Shown here: piece after piece, positions 18,782 through 27,940 of the stretch
How positions within the stretch are numbered: the first letter of the stretch is position 1
Layout of the letters: every line of letters starts with the position of its first letter
IMG/VR virus record: IMGVR_UViG_3300037692_000675
Location: 1 to 56,984 of that record
From: a virus
Taxonomy: Duplodnaviria; Caudoviricetes
Direction: 5' to 3' (one strand)
Length of the DNA: 56,984 bases
The notes under the pieces: model-generated
Database searches by the model: none
Told to the model about the DNA's origin: nothing
Seen by the model: the letters and a program-made list of their open reading frames with translations, nothing else
Program-made: the position numbers and the translations under genes

Positions 18782-19123
18782 TTACCGGGACCGCGCACGT
18801 CTCGCCCGCGCCTTCGCCTTCGCCGTGGCCGCCGCCGCCGTCTCCGCCTGCCGCTGCTGCGCCCGCATGTTTTCGGCCTGCCCCAGATAAATCTTCCTGC
18901 GCAGCCGCTGCTCCCCGGCCTGGATGCCGTGCCGATAGCCCGAGCCGTGCGCTTCGCCGGCGGTGTTGCCCAGGCACCGCGGGCAGGGCATCGCCCGCAG
19001 GGTGGCGTAGGGGACGTCCGGCGTCGGGGCTTCGACGACGACCTCCCCGCACATCGGCCACTCACACACGGCGCAGAACACCTGAAAGCTGATCGTCTCA
19101 TTCTCGCCCGTGATCTGCGGCAT
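18782..19123 (-). CDS. small Zn-ribbon protein
   Basis: CAVC...CPRC; TGATG coupling to HAD gene. Confidence 0.55.
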   Translation of the reverse strand: MPQITGENETISFQVFCAVCEWPMCGEVVVEAPTPDVPYATLRAMPCPRCLGNTAGEAHGSGYRHGIQAGEQRLRRKIYLGQAENMRAQQRQAETAAAATAKAKARARRARSR

Positions 19124-19560
19124 CAACCTTCGCTCCTCAGATGCTTCTCCCCCGCGCTGACGTCCAGCCCGATGATGAACAGTGCCGTCTGCCAGGCGCG
19201 CTCGCCGGCATCCTGCGGCCGGCACACGATCGCCCGATCATCCACGTAGTAGTCGGCCAGGGGCTTGCCGTCGCCGGTGTACACCTCGACGGAGCCGTGG
19301 AAGCCATGCTCATCGAGCCATGCCTTCACGATCGCGGCGCTCTCATCCCGACTGAGCCCGTCGCCCCAGGTCTCCCGCTGCCAGTCCCCACATCGGCAGG
19401 TGTAGACCATGACGCGGTGTCCGGCGGCGACGAGCTGCTCGAGCGCCTCGCGGGCGCCGGGCAGGGGCGCGCCGATCTCCCGCTGGCCCTTCCAGCCGTC
19501 GTAGTGGGCCAGGGTCCCGTCGAGATCCACCGCAATCGTCAGCCGCCCCTGCTCGCTCAT
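19123..19560 (-). CDS. HAD-superfamily phosphatase (phage PNK-phosphatase-like)
   Basis: IAVDLDGTLA, VYTCR, GKPLADYYVDDRA. Confidence 0.85.
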   Translation of the reverse strand: MSEQGRLTIAVDLDGTLAHYDGWKGQREIGAPLPGAREALEQLVAAGHRVMVYTCRCGDWQRETWGDGLSRDESAAIVKAWLDEHGFHGSVEVYTGDGKPLADYYVDDRAIVCRPQDAGERAWQTALFIIGLDVSAGEKHLRSEG

Positions 19561-19727
19561 TCGCTCTCCAGCTCCTCGACGCGCCGCTGCGCCAAATCCC
19601 GCTCGCCCTCGGCGTCCCTGAGCTGCTCCTGCAGCGCCTCGGCATCCTCGCGGATCCCGACCACGAGGTCCTCGATGGCCGCGACCGCATCCTCGACGTC
19701 AGTGACCCGCCCGATGTTGACGTTCAT
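19557..19727 (-). CDS. small coiled-coil protein (56 aa, not in ORF track)
   Basis: MNVNIGRVTDVEDAVAAIEDLV...RRVEELESE; ATGA overlap with HAD gene. Confidence 0.55.
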   Translation of the reverse strand: MNVNIGRVTDVEDAVAAIEDLVVGIREDAEALQEQLRDAEGERDLAQRRVEELESE

Positions 19728-19790
19728 GCCGTCATCCTCGCCGTTATCCTTGACATCCTTTTCATCCTGTTCCCGTCGTTGCCGTTGCCG
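19720..19790 (+). repeat. 9-mer-like CATCCT/ATCCTGTT tandem repeat tract
   Basis: similar tract at ~20720..20780. Confidence 0.65.
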
Positions 19791-19791
19791 T

Positions 19792-20010
19792 TCACCAGCC
19801 CAACACCACCTTCACCACCAGCCTCCCCGCCAGCACGACCATGACGATCCCGGCCCCGATCGCGCATTTCCACTTGTTCCGCGCGACGAAGCACCCGACG
19901 AACATCGCGACCCCCATGAGCCCGATGACGACCGCGGCCCACAGTCCTTCTTTGACCCGCTCGGGCGGCTTGTAGATCATCCCGATCCGGTTGGGTATGA
20001 GCTTCATCAC
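19792..20010 (-). CDS. small two-TM membrane protein
   Basis: two hydrophobic helices; GGAG upstream. Confidence 0.5.
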   Translation of the reverse strand: MMKLIPNRIGMIYKPPERVKEGLWAAVVIGLMGVAMFVGCFVARNKWKCAIGAGIVMVVLAGRLVVKVVLGW

Positions 20011-20092
20011 TGCACTCCGCTACCCCAGTCCCCCCTCCCCTAAATGGCCTGCAGGGACATCGGGGAGGGGGGTTAGGGGGGTGGGCCGCCGT

Positions 20093-20764
20093 TCACCACG
20101 CCAACATTCGCGTATACACCACCGGCACCGCTCGGCTCAGGGTAAAGCGCGGGATCCACACACCGCCGCCGGCGGCCATCTTGAGATCGCCCCAGGTCGC
20201 GAACTTGTAGGACGCGCCCAGGATGCCGCCCACCTCGCCGGCGTCCAGCGTCAGCCCGAGATCCAAATAGCCCATGCCCCGGCCGGTCGCCGTCTGGACC
20301 ACTTTGAAGCTGAGCCCGCCGGCGAGAATGCCATCGGGGAAGGCGGTCCCGGTAATGATGCTCGGCTCGATCAGATCGTCGGGAATGATGATCGGCCCGA
20401 GCTTGGTCGTTCCTGTCGCATCGGTCTCCGCGAAGACGCACAACGTCTGTCCGGATACCTGCACCAGAGGGCGGAGTGTCAGCAGGGCGAGCCGGCCATC
20501 ATCGCGCACACGGAGGATGATCGCCTCACTCTCCGTGCGCGCCACCGGTCCCACGAACGTCCCCAGCTCGGGCGCCGTCACCAGCGCCGTCGCCGCAGGC
20601 GACCCTGAGCTTGTCGCAAGGGCCACATGCACCTCACCGGGCCGGCCGCACGTTTCACAAGCCTGTGCGCCGGCCGCCAGCACCACCAACGCCACGATCA
20701 CCATCACCATCATCCAGCCGTTCATCCTTGCTGTCATCATTCTCATCCTTTCCATCCTGTTCAA
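20093..20764 (-). CDS. putative secreted/outer-membrane protein in lysis region
   Basis: signal-peptide-like VIVALVVLAAGAQA, beta-rich C-terminus ending in W; start uncertain because of repeat tract. Confidence 0.5.
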   Translation of the reverse strand: MNRMERMRMMTARMNGWMMVMVIVALVVLAAGAQACETCGRPGEVHVALATSSGSPAATALVTAPELGTFVGPVARTESEAIILRVRDDGRLALLTLRPLVQVSGQTLCVFAETDATGTTKLGPIIIPDDLIEPSIITGTAFPDGILAGGLSFKVVQTATGRGMGYLDLGLTLDAGEVGGILGASYKFATWGDLKMAAGGGVWIPRFTLSRAVPVVYTRMLAW

Positions 20765-20782
20765 GTCGTTGTCGTCGCCGTC

Positions 20783-21184
20783 CTACGCTCCCGGCTCCTC
20801 CAAACAGATCGCCTCCCCGCTGATCGCCTTGAAGTCCGTCTTCAGCTCTTTGGCCTTAGCCTGGTGCACGGCGGCCTCGACCGTGCGGATGGTCACCGGC
20901 GCGGGCGCATTCTCCGCCTCGCGCAGCACAAAGCCCAGCTTCCGGGCCCCGAGCTCGGTCCGCTCGTCGTCATCCTGGGCGTCATCCTGGGCCCCGAATA
21001 TCTGTTCGGCGGCGCGGACGAGCGCGAGCAGCAGCTCGCGGGTCCGCTCCTCCTGGATCTGGGCGACGCGTTCGCTGATCATCTGGATCAGGATGGGCCC
21101 GACCTGCTTCCAGGCGACGATCAGAAAGGCCACGACCGCGCCGCTGACCCCATGCGCCTGCAGCCAAGTCCACAAAGCTTCCAT
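20783..21184 (-). CDS. LL-H-type holin-like protein
   Basis: TM segment then LVRAAEQIFG..KLGFV..VEAAV; homologous to 1..291. Confidence 0.6.
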   Translation of the reverse strand: MEALWTWLQAHGVSGAVVAFLIVAWKQVGPILIQMISERVAQIQEERTRELLLALVRAAEQIFGAQDDAQDDDERTELGARKLGFVLREAENAPAPVTIRTVEAAVHQAKAKELKTDFKAISGEAICLEEPGA

Positions 21185-21288
21185 GCCTCTCATCCTTTCC
21201 GGGACCGCGGGCATCCTGCCCGCGCCGTTGCCGTCAGCGCGCCCCGGGGGGGCGCTTCTCTCAGGCGGGGGTTTCAACCCCCGACGCC

Positions 21289-21597
21289 CTACCGCCGCCG
21301 CTTCGCCGTCGCCTTCTTCTTCACCGGCGCCCTGGGTGCCGTGGCCTTCGTTCCCGGTTCCCGCGTTCCCGCGTTCCCGGTCGTCCTCAACGCCGCGATC
21401 CCCGCCGCCGCGGCCTTCGCGGCCAGCGCCTCGATCGCGCCGTCACCGACTTCACCGACCGGCGCTTCGGCGAGGCTGCTGGCGCTCTGCATCCGCGCCC
21501 CGCGCTCGTCGAGTAGATACACGGTCGTCGCCACTTGCACGGTGACCGCCTCGCCGGTCTCGCCGGCCCGTCTGAAGACCAGTCGCTTCATGTCCAT
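21289..21597 (-). CDS. hypothetical protein
   Basis: AAGGGGG RBS; basic C-terminus; contains in-frame GTTCCCG repeat (TTGNAGTREPGT). Confidence 0.55.
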   Translation of the reverse strand: MDMKRLVFRRAGETGEAVTVQVATTVYLLDERGARMQSASSLAEAPVGEVGDGAIEALAAKAAAAGIAALRTTGNAGTREPGTKATAPRAPVKKKATAKRRR

Positions 21598-21639
21598 GAG
21601 CCCCCTTCAGGGAGATCTGCCGCGCCGGGGGCGCGGGTT

Positions 21640-21658
21640 TTCGCAAAGTTCTCGTCAC
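21640..21658 (+). promoter_or_regulatory. internal copy of end motif
   Basis: TTCGCAAAGTTCTCG identical over 15 bp to right-end site 49422..49436. Confidence 0.6.
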
Positions 21659-21669
21659 GCGCGCGGCCG

Positions 21670-22008
21670 TCAGATGTTGTTCGGCGAGTAGAACGGCCCG
21701 CGGTCGGGCGCCGCCTCTTTCTCCGGCCCGCCATACGCCTCGATCGGCGTCTCGCTCTCTTCCTCGCCCAGCAGAACATCCGGCATCCCGTCGCCAGGGG
21801 TGCCCTTCCGCCCCCGCTTCCGCTTCCCGTCGCCCTCGTGCACCTTCTCCAGCTGCGCCAGCGCCTGCTCGGCCACGGCATGCCCATCGGGCATCTCCAC
21901 CGGCAGGTCCCGCCCCACGGCATACCCCATGCTGTGCTGGATCACCGCCCCACTGGCGTTGAGCAGTTCGACCGTCACCGTCACCTTGATCGCCTTGGCG
22001 TCCTTCAT
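21670..22008 (-). CDS. hypothetical protein
   Basis: ATGA overlap with endolysin stop; VTVELLNASG resembles TTVYLLDERG of 21289..21597. Confidence 0.55.
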   Translation of the reverse strand: MKDAKAIKVTVTVELLNASGAVIQHSMGYAVGRDLPVEMPDGHAVAEQALAQLEKVHEGDGKRKRGRKGTPGDGMPDVLLGEEESETPIEAYGGPEKEAAPDRGPFYSPNNI

Positions 22009-22643
22009 GCCGTCCGCACCTCGATCCGATTTGCCTCCGCGTCGTACCGCACGCTGCCGCCCATCGCGCGCACCAGCCGCCCGATCGGCGCGTAGCTGAT
22101 CCCCGCCATCTCGTCGAGCCACTCGCCGACCTCGGTGACGGTGCCATTGACGGACAGCGACAGCGCCGGCCGCGCCTCGGCCAGGGGCAGGGTCTGAAAG
22201 AACATCGCCCGCGACCGCCCGATCTCATCGAGCGTGGAGATCTTCGTGCCGCGCGCGCGGGGCGTGCCGCGCTTGCCGTTGACCGTGTTCTCGGCCACGA
22301 GCCCGTCGCCCAGGTAGATCCCGATGTGCCCGGGGCGGGCCAGCTCGCTGTGCCCCTTGTTGAAGCACACGACATCGGCATGTTCGGGATGATCGGCGCC
22401 GAGCCCCGCGCGCCGCAGCATGTAATCGGTCTGGATCGCGTAGGCGGCGCGATAGGCCCATTCCTGCTCGTGCAGCCCCAACGCCGCCTCGTGGCACTCC
22501 CGCACGAAGCGGAGGCACATCGAGCTCTCGGTCAGATCGAACTTGACGCTGCCGATCTGGTGGCTGGTCTTCCCGGCCACGCGCGCGGCCACGACCTCCC
22601 GCGCCACCCGCCTCACATCGTCCACTGTCTTGCCCATGGTCAT
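22005..22643 (-). CDS. putative endolysin (NlpC/P60/CHAP-like + copper-amine-oxidase N-like C-terminus)
   Basis: MCLRFVREC...GHIGIYLGDG; C-terminal YAPIGRLVRAMGGSVRYD. Confidence 0.7.
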   Translation of the reverse strand: MTMGKTVDDVRRVAREVVAARVAGKTSHQIGSVKFDLTESSMCLRFVRECHEAALGLHEQEWAYRAAYAIQTDYMLRRAGLGADHPEHADVVCFNKGHSELARPGHIGIYLGDGLVAENTVNGKRGTPRARGTKISTLDEIGRSRAMFFQTLPLAEARPALSLSVNGTVTEVGEWLDEMAGISYAPIGRLVRAMGGSVRYDAEANRIEVRTA

Positions 22644-22661
22644 TGCCGCTTTCTTTGCGAA
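22642..22661 (-). promoter_or_regulatory. internal copy of end motif overlapping endolysin start
   Basis: minus strand TTCGCAAA-GAAAG-CGGCAAT matches end consensus. Confidence 0.65.
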
Positions 22662-22713
22662 TATCTGCCGTTGTCGTCCCCGCAGGGCTGACCTCTGACA
22701 TCTACCCTCTGCC

Positions 22714-24792
22714 TTACGCCGGCGCCAGCCCCAGCTCGTTATCCATGACCCGGTTCACTACCGCCTTGAGGTCCTTGAGGCTATCGGCGTAGAAGCTCAG
22801 GTGGACGCTGCGCCCGTCGCTGCCCTGGCTCCGCTGCACCCCGCCCCCGCCGCTGCCCATGGCACCACGGACGTCATACGTCGGCGCGCCGGTGGGCACA
22901 TAGGCCGCGTTGGCGTCGCTGCGCGCGGCGCTGGCGTCTTTCTTTGCGGCGGCCGCCGCTTCGAGGGCTTGCTCGCGGGTCATGGTCCCCGCCCCGTACG
23001 CCGCCGCGGTCCCGGCCTTGTCAAGGGCCTGCAGCTCCGCTTGCATCTCGGCCATGGTCTTCCCGCTCTCGCCGCCGGCTGGCTGGTACGCCGGCCCGGC
23101 GCTCTGCGCCGCCCGCATGCTCTCCTGCGTTTCCCGTGCTTTCCGCCGCCGCTCCGTCCCGGTCTCGGTGCGCTCGGGCCCGAAGCCCAGCCCCTCCCAC
23201 CAGGTAGGTGCCCAACCGCTCGTGTCGGCCCCGAACCATCCCGCCGCCTGGCGCACCCCGCCGTAGGCGGCCTGCCCCGGCGTCATCCACTCCGCGGCGG
23301 TCGTCGCGGCGGCCCCCAGCACGCCCGTCCCTTCGTCACGCCGCCGCCGGTATTCTTCGTACTCGCCCATCACGGAGGCGATAGGTAGCGCCATCGAGAC
23401 GGCCCCGATCGCGCGTTTCCACAGCGGCACCGGACGAGCCCCGGGCGCGCCGGGTACAGGAACCGGGGCGGGACCTCCGGGCGCCCCTCCCCCCGCCGCG
23501 ATCTGCAGCCCTGCGAGCACGCCCTTCGCCTCGGCCCCCAGCTTGATGATCGCCATCAGCTTCTCCGCCACGAACCCCAGGGCGGCGACCGTCACGAGCA
23601 CCTTCGTCCCCATGATCGCCCAATTGATGATCTGCTTCTGCTGCTCGGGATCCAGGTCCCGAAACGCCTGGATCGCGTCGCGCACCTTGGTGAAAAACTC
23701 CGTCCCGATCGGCAGCAGCGTCTCCTCGGAGATCCCGGTCGCCTCGGTCACCAGCTCCTGAATCGCCTTCTTGAACTGGAACATCGGCCCCCGCGCCACT
23801 TCCGCCGCCATCCGCCCGGCCGCCCCCGTCGAGTTCTTCACCTTGTCCACGAACGTGGCGAACTCCGCCGCCCCTTGCCCGGTGAGGCTCAGCGCCGCCC
23901 GCAGTGCCCGCACGTTGCCCCCGAACAGATCGAGCAGCTTGGCCTGGTCCCCGCCCGCGGCTTTCTCCACCAGCGCCATCGCCCCGGCGAGCCCCTCCGC
24001 CGACAGCGCCGCCGTCGCGCTCTCATACCCCGCCGCCTGCACCGCCGCCGTCAGTTCCTTGCTGGGGTTCAGGAAGCTGGTCATCGCCCGCTCGACCGCG
24101 GTCGCCGCCTCCGCGACGCTGAACCCCTTGGTGGTCATCAGCGCGATCGCCGCGGCGACCTGCTCGAACGGGACTTTGAGTTGCGCCGCCACGGCCGCGG
24201 GCCCGCCCATCTCGCCGGTCAGGTCCCGGAAGCGCAGCACGCCGATCTCGACCATGGTGATGAGCTGGTCCATGGTCCGGACGGCGTCGGGGCCGGTGCG
24301 CGTGCCATACGCCCCGAGGATGCTCACGAGGCTGTTGGCCGCGGCCGCGGTCTCTTCCACGCCGCCGGCCGCGCCGATCGCCGCCGTCTCGAGCACTTGC
24401 AGGGCGTTGCGGCCCTTGAACCCGGCGCCCTCGACCTCATAGAGGCCCTTGGCCAGGTCCACGGGCATGTCGGCGATCACGGGGTTGCGGGCGATGTTGA
24501 GGACGTCGGCGCCGAGCTGCTTGAAGTCCCGGTCATTGAGCCGCGCCATGCTGTTGACATTGCGCAGCTCCTGCTGAAACTCCGCGGCCTTCTTGCCCAG
24601 GTACACGAGCCCGCCGCCGAGGGCCAGGCCGGCGCCGAGCATGTACCGGCTCGCCCGCCCGACGCTGTACTGCACTTCCTGCAGGCCGATGAGCTCTTCG
24701 CGGTTGCGCCGAATGGCGAGCCCGACGCTGTTGAGCGTCCGGATCGCCCCGGCTTCCCGTCCTTTGATGATGATGGTGAGCGCGTTGCCCAC
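22714..24792 (-). CDS. tail tape measure protein (TP901-like core)
   Basis: Ala/Gly-rich 692 aa, AAEFQQELRNV..LAKGLYEV..AATAVERAM..LFGGNVRA; follows tail chaperones. Confidence 0.9.
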   Translation of the reverse strand: MGNALTIIIKGREAGAIRTLNSVGLAIRRNREELIGLQEVQYSVGRASRYMLGAGLALGGGLVYLGKKAAEFQQELRNVNSMARLNDRDFKQLGADVLNIARNPVIADMPVDLAKGLYEVEGAGFKGRNALQVLETAAIGAAGGVEETAAAANSLVSILGAYGTRTGPDAVRTMDQLITMVEIGVLRFRDLTGEMGGPAAVAAQLKVPFEQVAAAIALMTTKGFSVAEAATAVERAMTSFLNPSKELTAAVQAAGYESATAALSAEGLAGAMALVEKAAGGDQAKLLDLFGGNVRALRAALSLTGQGAAEFATFVDKVKNSTGAAGRMAAEVARGPMFQFKKAIQELVTEATGISEETLLPIGTEFFTKVRDAIQAFRDLDPEQQKQIINWAIMGTKVLVTVAALGFVAEKLMAIIKLGAEAKGVLAGLQIAAGGGAPGGPAPVPVPGAPGARPVPLWKRAIGAVSMALPIASVMGEYEEYRRRRDEGTGVLGAAATTAAEWMTPGQAAYGGVRQAAGWFGADTSGWAPTWWEGLGFGPERTETGTERRRKARETQESMRAAQSAGPAYQPAGGESGKTMAEMQAELQALDKAGTAAAYGAGTMTREQALEAAAAAKKDASAARSDANAAYVPTGAPTYDVRGAMGSGGGGVQRSQGSDGRSVHLSFYADSLKDLKAVVNRVMDNELGLAPA

Positions 24793-24794
24793 GT

Positions 24795-24885
24795 CGTTGC
24801 CTTTGTTCCCGTGTTCCCGCTGTTGCCTTTGTTCCCGCGGTCCCGACGTTCCCGTGTTCCCGCCCCGCCGTTCCCGCCGTTGACG
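24795..24885 (+). repeat. 9-mer-like GTTCCCG tandem repeat tract
   Basis: similar tracts at ~21349 (in CDS), 26470, 26612. Confidence 0.8.
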
Positions 24886-24899
24886 ACAAAAGCGACCGT

Positions 24900-25139
24900 C
24901 TACCTGCCCGGTCGCTTCTTCTTCGGCTTCTGCTCCGCCGCGCGCCGCTCGCTGATCAGCCGCAGCAGCGCGCCGCGATACTCATCGGTCAGTTCCTCGA
25001 GGTCCCCGGGCGGGATCCAGCCGAAGAACTCCATCATGACAAAGTTCTCGATCAGCTCCCACTCGTCGGGGCATCGCTCGCGCAGGCGCTTGACGGGGTA
25101 GCCGTGGAAGGCTCGCCAGGCGAGCCGCCCGAGTTTCCC
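24900..25139 (-). CDS. -1 frameshift extension of tail assembly chaperone
   Basis: G GGA AAC slippery heptamer (25133..25139) leads into GKLGRLAWRAF...FFGWIPPGDLEEL. Confidence 0.75.
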   Translation of the reverse strand, partial: GKLGRLAWRAFHGYPVKRLRERCPDEWELIENFVMMEFFGWIPPGDLEELTDEYRGALLRLISERRAAEQKPKKKRPGR

Positions 25140-25528
25140 GGGTCGCCCTCTTCCTCCGCCGCCAGCGCCTTGATCCGGTCCGCCAGCCCGCTGTCTGCTT
25201 CGAGCGCGAAGAGCTGCTCGGCCGGCAGCAGCTGGTTGACCAGGGCAATCCGGTTGGTGATGAAATCCTCGAGCTCCTCGTCGAGGCAGTCGAAGACCTC
25301 CTGGTCCATGACGGTCCCGGTCCGCCGCGTGTCGCCCTCGTCGCCGGGGAGGAGAAAGTCGCTGAGCCCGTAGGTGAACATCACATCCCCGAGCTTCGCG
25401 CCGCCGGCGACCAGCGCGGCGTTCCACTCGTTGCGGCCCCGCCGGTTGAACTGGCACACCTCGATGAAGTGGATATCACTCCCGGGGAGATCGAACCGTA
25501 CCTTCGTGCGCTTCGTCTGTACCTTCAT
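25052..25528 (-). CDS. tail assembly chaperone
   Basis: between tail tube and TMP; contains slippery site. Confidence 0.75.
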   Translation of the reverse strand: MKVQTKRTKVRFDLPGSDIHFIEVCQFNRRGRNEWNAALVAGGAKLGDVMFTYGLSDFLLPGDEGDTRRTGTVMDQEVFDCLDEELEDFITNRIALVNQLLPAEQLFALEADSGLADRIKALAAEEEGDPGNSGGSPGEPSTATPSSACASDAPTSGS

Positions 25529-25603
25529 GGCCGTTGGCCCCCTTAGCCGTTTGCCGTGCCGTCGTTGCCGTTGCCCTGATCTCTGATCTCTGCCCTCTGC
25601 CCT

Positions 25604-26449
25604 CTATGCTTCCGCCCACGTCACCGCCGCCGTCCCGTCGAGCCCCTTGAGCGCCCGCAGCTGCGGCGTCTGGGTGTTGCTCTCCACATCGCCCTCGAAG
25701 TACTCGCACCGCGGCGCCGTGCACGTCAGGATGTTGGCCCCGCGCGTGAAGGTCAGCACGACGGCGATCTGCGCGCCCTCCATCACGGCATCCCACAGCG
25801 CGGTCTCATCGAAGTCGTGCTCGACCGAGAAGATCGCTTCCTGGCCGTCGGTGGGGACTTCCTTGAGCAGCCCGCCGCCGCCGCTGCGGAACTTGTCGTC
25901 CATCGCCTTGAAGTCGTACTTGAGCCCGACCTCGGCCAGGTGCTCCTCGTTGGCCCCGGCCAAAGAGAAGACGCCTTCCTCGAAGGTGTACGGCGCGGGC
26001 GCGCTGTTGAAGACGGGCGCCACGGGGGTGATGCGCTCGCGCGTCCGCCCCACGCAGTCGAAGCTGGCGATCAGGTCCTCGCCGCTGGCGCACTTGAACT
26101 CCGCGCTCTTGGCGGTGATGCCGGCGTTCTGGAAGCCCGCCTGGTCCCCGAGGGTGTCCACGACGGTGACGGAGTTGAGGTTGCGCAGGCCCTTGCGGAT
26201 GAGCATCTGGCGGATGACCAAATTGCGGCCGGGCGCGACCTCGAGTTCGAGCCCGCCCTCGACCTTGGTCGGCCGCTGGGTGGTGCGGCTCTCTTCCCAT
26301 TCGCCCACGGGCCGCTCGAGCACCGCGCGCCCGGGCGTCTTCTTCAGTGAGCTCGTCCCCGGGATCCAGATGCTCGGCGCCACGGCGGTGCCGAAGGCCG
26401 TCTCGAGCCCGATGCCGACGCTGATCTCCCAGGGTCTCGGCTGTGCCAT
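25604..26449 (-). CDS. tail tube protein
   Basis: IGLETAFGTAV N-terminus, beta-rich; upstream of chaperone and TMP; no sheath gene seen. Confidence 0.75.
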   Translation of the reverse strand: MAQPRPWEISVGIGLETAFGTAVAPSIWIPGTSSLKKTPGRAVLERPVGEWEESRTTQRPTKVEGGLELEVAPGRNLVIRQMLIRKGLRNLNSVTVVDTLGDQAGFQNAGITAKSAEFKCASGEDLIASFDCVGRTRERITPVAPVFNSAPAPYTFEEGVFSLAGANEEHLAEVGLKYDFKAMDDKFRSGGGGLLKEVPTDGQEAIFSVEHDFDETALWDAVMEGAQIAVVLTFTRGANILTCTAPRCEYFEGDVESNTQTPQLRALKGLDGTAAVTWAEA

Positions 26450-26651
26450 GATCTATCTCCTCGGCCGCTGGACGTTCCCGCGCCTCGTTCCCGATGTTCC
26501 CGCGTTCCCGCCGTTGCCGTTGTCTCGCCTCGCCCGGGCCTGGTGCAGCGTGTGCTGGCGTCCGGCCCGGCCCGAGTTTGCGGTAAGGGGGCTTCCCGCA
26601 AAGCTGTGTGTCGTTGTTCCCGATGTTCCCGCGTTCCCGACGTTCCCGCCG

Positions 26652-27413
26652 TTACAGAATCATGTCCGCCCGGTCCAGCTTGCTGCGGATCGTGATCGCT
26701 TCCGCCGCCACGCCGCCGCTCACGATCTCCACCGTGTCCACCCCGATGTACCGGTCGGCCGCGTCGCCGATCGCCACCACGCGCGTCGCGTCATCGGCCG
26801 CGATGTTCACGGTGATCTGCTTGACCTCGGTCGTCTCGTCGGGCAGCGTACCGGTCACGTTGAGCACGACGTTGGTGGCCGCGTACCCGAAGGGCACATA
26901 GGCCTCCAGGTTGTTGCCGCTGGTGCGGACCGCGTCAATGGCCTCGAGCGCCGCGGCGCTCCACGACCCCGCCCCCGCGCCACTGACGGTGTACACCCCC
27001 TGGGTCTTCACGTCGTCATACACGTGGGCGGCCGACAGGTAGCTGCCGGTGGCCCGGTACACGAGCGTGGAAAAGAAGATCGGCACGCGCCAGGTCACGG
27101 CGGTCAGCCACGCGTCCACGGTCGCGTACACGGTCTTGCTCTCGCCGGTGTCGGGCTGCCGTTGCAGGTGCTGGATCAGCCCCTGCACGAGCTCGGTCTG
27201 CAGGCTCGCATAGAACGAGCCGCTGGCGATCGCCAGGTCCACGTTGTGGGCGGACTGCAGCATCGGCAGCAGCACGGACGGGTCGTCGGGGTTGGCGGCG
27301 GTCAGCCGGTCCACGAAGTCCGTGCCCCCGTCGAGCGCGTCGGCCAGGTGCTTTTCGATGTAGCTGATGCGCCCGATGATCCCCTGGGCCAGGGCGTCCC
27401 CGATCAGTGCCAT
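26652..27413 (-). CDS. hypothetical virion protein
   Basis: long ORF between capsid and tail tube. Confidence 0.65.
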   Translation of the reverse strand: MALIGDALAQGIIGRISYIEKHLADALDGGTDFVDRLTAANPDDPSVLLPMLQSAHNVDLAIASGSFYASLQTELVQGLIQHLQRQPDTGESKTVYATVDAWLTAVTWRVPIFFSTLVYRATGSYLSAAHVYDDVKTQGVYTVSGAGAGSWSAAALEAIDAVRTSGNNLEAYVPFGYAATNVVLNVTGTLPDETTEVKQITVNIAADDATRVVAIGDAADRYIGVDTVEIVSGGVAAEAITIRSKLDRADMIL

Positions 27414-27438
27414 GATCTCTCAGTCCTTTGGTCGTGAG

Positions 27439-27768
27439 CTACGTCGCCCGTGCTTCCTCGATGCTCTCCACCAACGCGGCCAGCTGCTCCGTGTGCCTCC
27501 GGCAGTTCTCTTTCAGAGCATCGAACCGCTCGTCGCCGGCTCTATCATCTTTCTGTATCTTCTGCAGGAGCGCCTCGGAAAGCTGACAGTTGGCGGCCAC
27601 GAGGCGCTGCGCCTCACCGATGAGGGTCTCGATGGCCCCGTTCTTGGTGTCAATGCGCTTCTGCATCCACGGCAACAGCAACCGCAGCAGCCAACCGAGC
27701 AGAGCCACCAGGCTGGCGAGCACCATACCCACCACGCCGAGTATCTCGCCACCACTGAGCTGGTCCAT
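27439..27768 (-). CDS. small membrane protein with coiled-coil
   Basis: GGGAG RBS, TM segment ILGVVGMVLASLVALLGWLL. Confidence 0.6.
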   Translation of the reverse strand: MDQLSGGEILGVVGMVLASLVALLGWLLRLLLPWMQKRIDTKNGAIETLIGEAQRLVAANCQLSEALLQKIQKDDRAGDERFDALKENCRRHTEQLAALVESIEEARAT

Positions 27769-27783
27769 GCCACGCTCCCGGAG

Positions 27784-27825
27784 AAAAAAAGCGGGGCTGG
27801 GGCTCCCATGCAACCCCAGCCCCGC
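27784..27825 (-). terminator. intrinsic terminator after major capsid gene
   Basis: GCGGGGCTGGGG / CCCCAGCCCCGC stem followed by T7 on minus strand. Confidence 0.8.
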
Positions 27826-27940
27826 GGTGCGGCCGCTCGCCCTCGTCGGTTGTCATTGATCTCGTTGCCGTCGCCGTCCGCCGTCTGCCGTGGCCGTCTG
27901 CCGTGGCCGTTACCTGCCATCTGCCCTCTGACCTCTGCCG

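Noticed and set aside
26576-26602. TTTGCGG..CCGCAAA hairpin as an end motif or terminator
   Set aside because: Lacks the N5-CGGCAA half and a U-tract; function unsupported.
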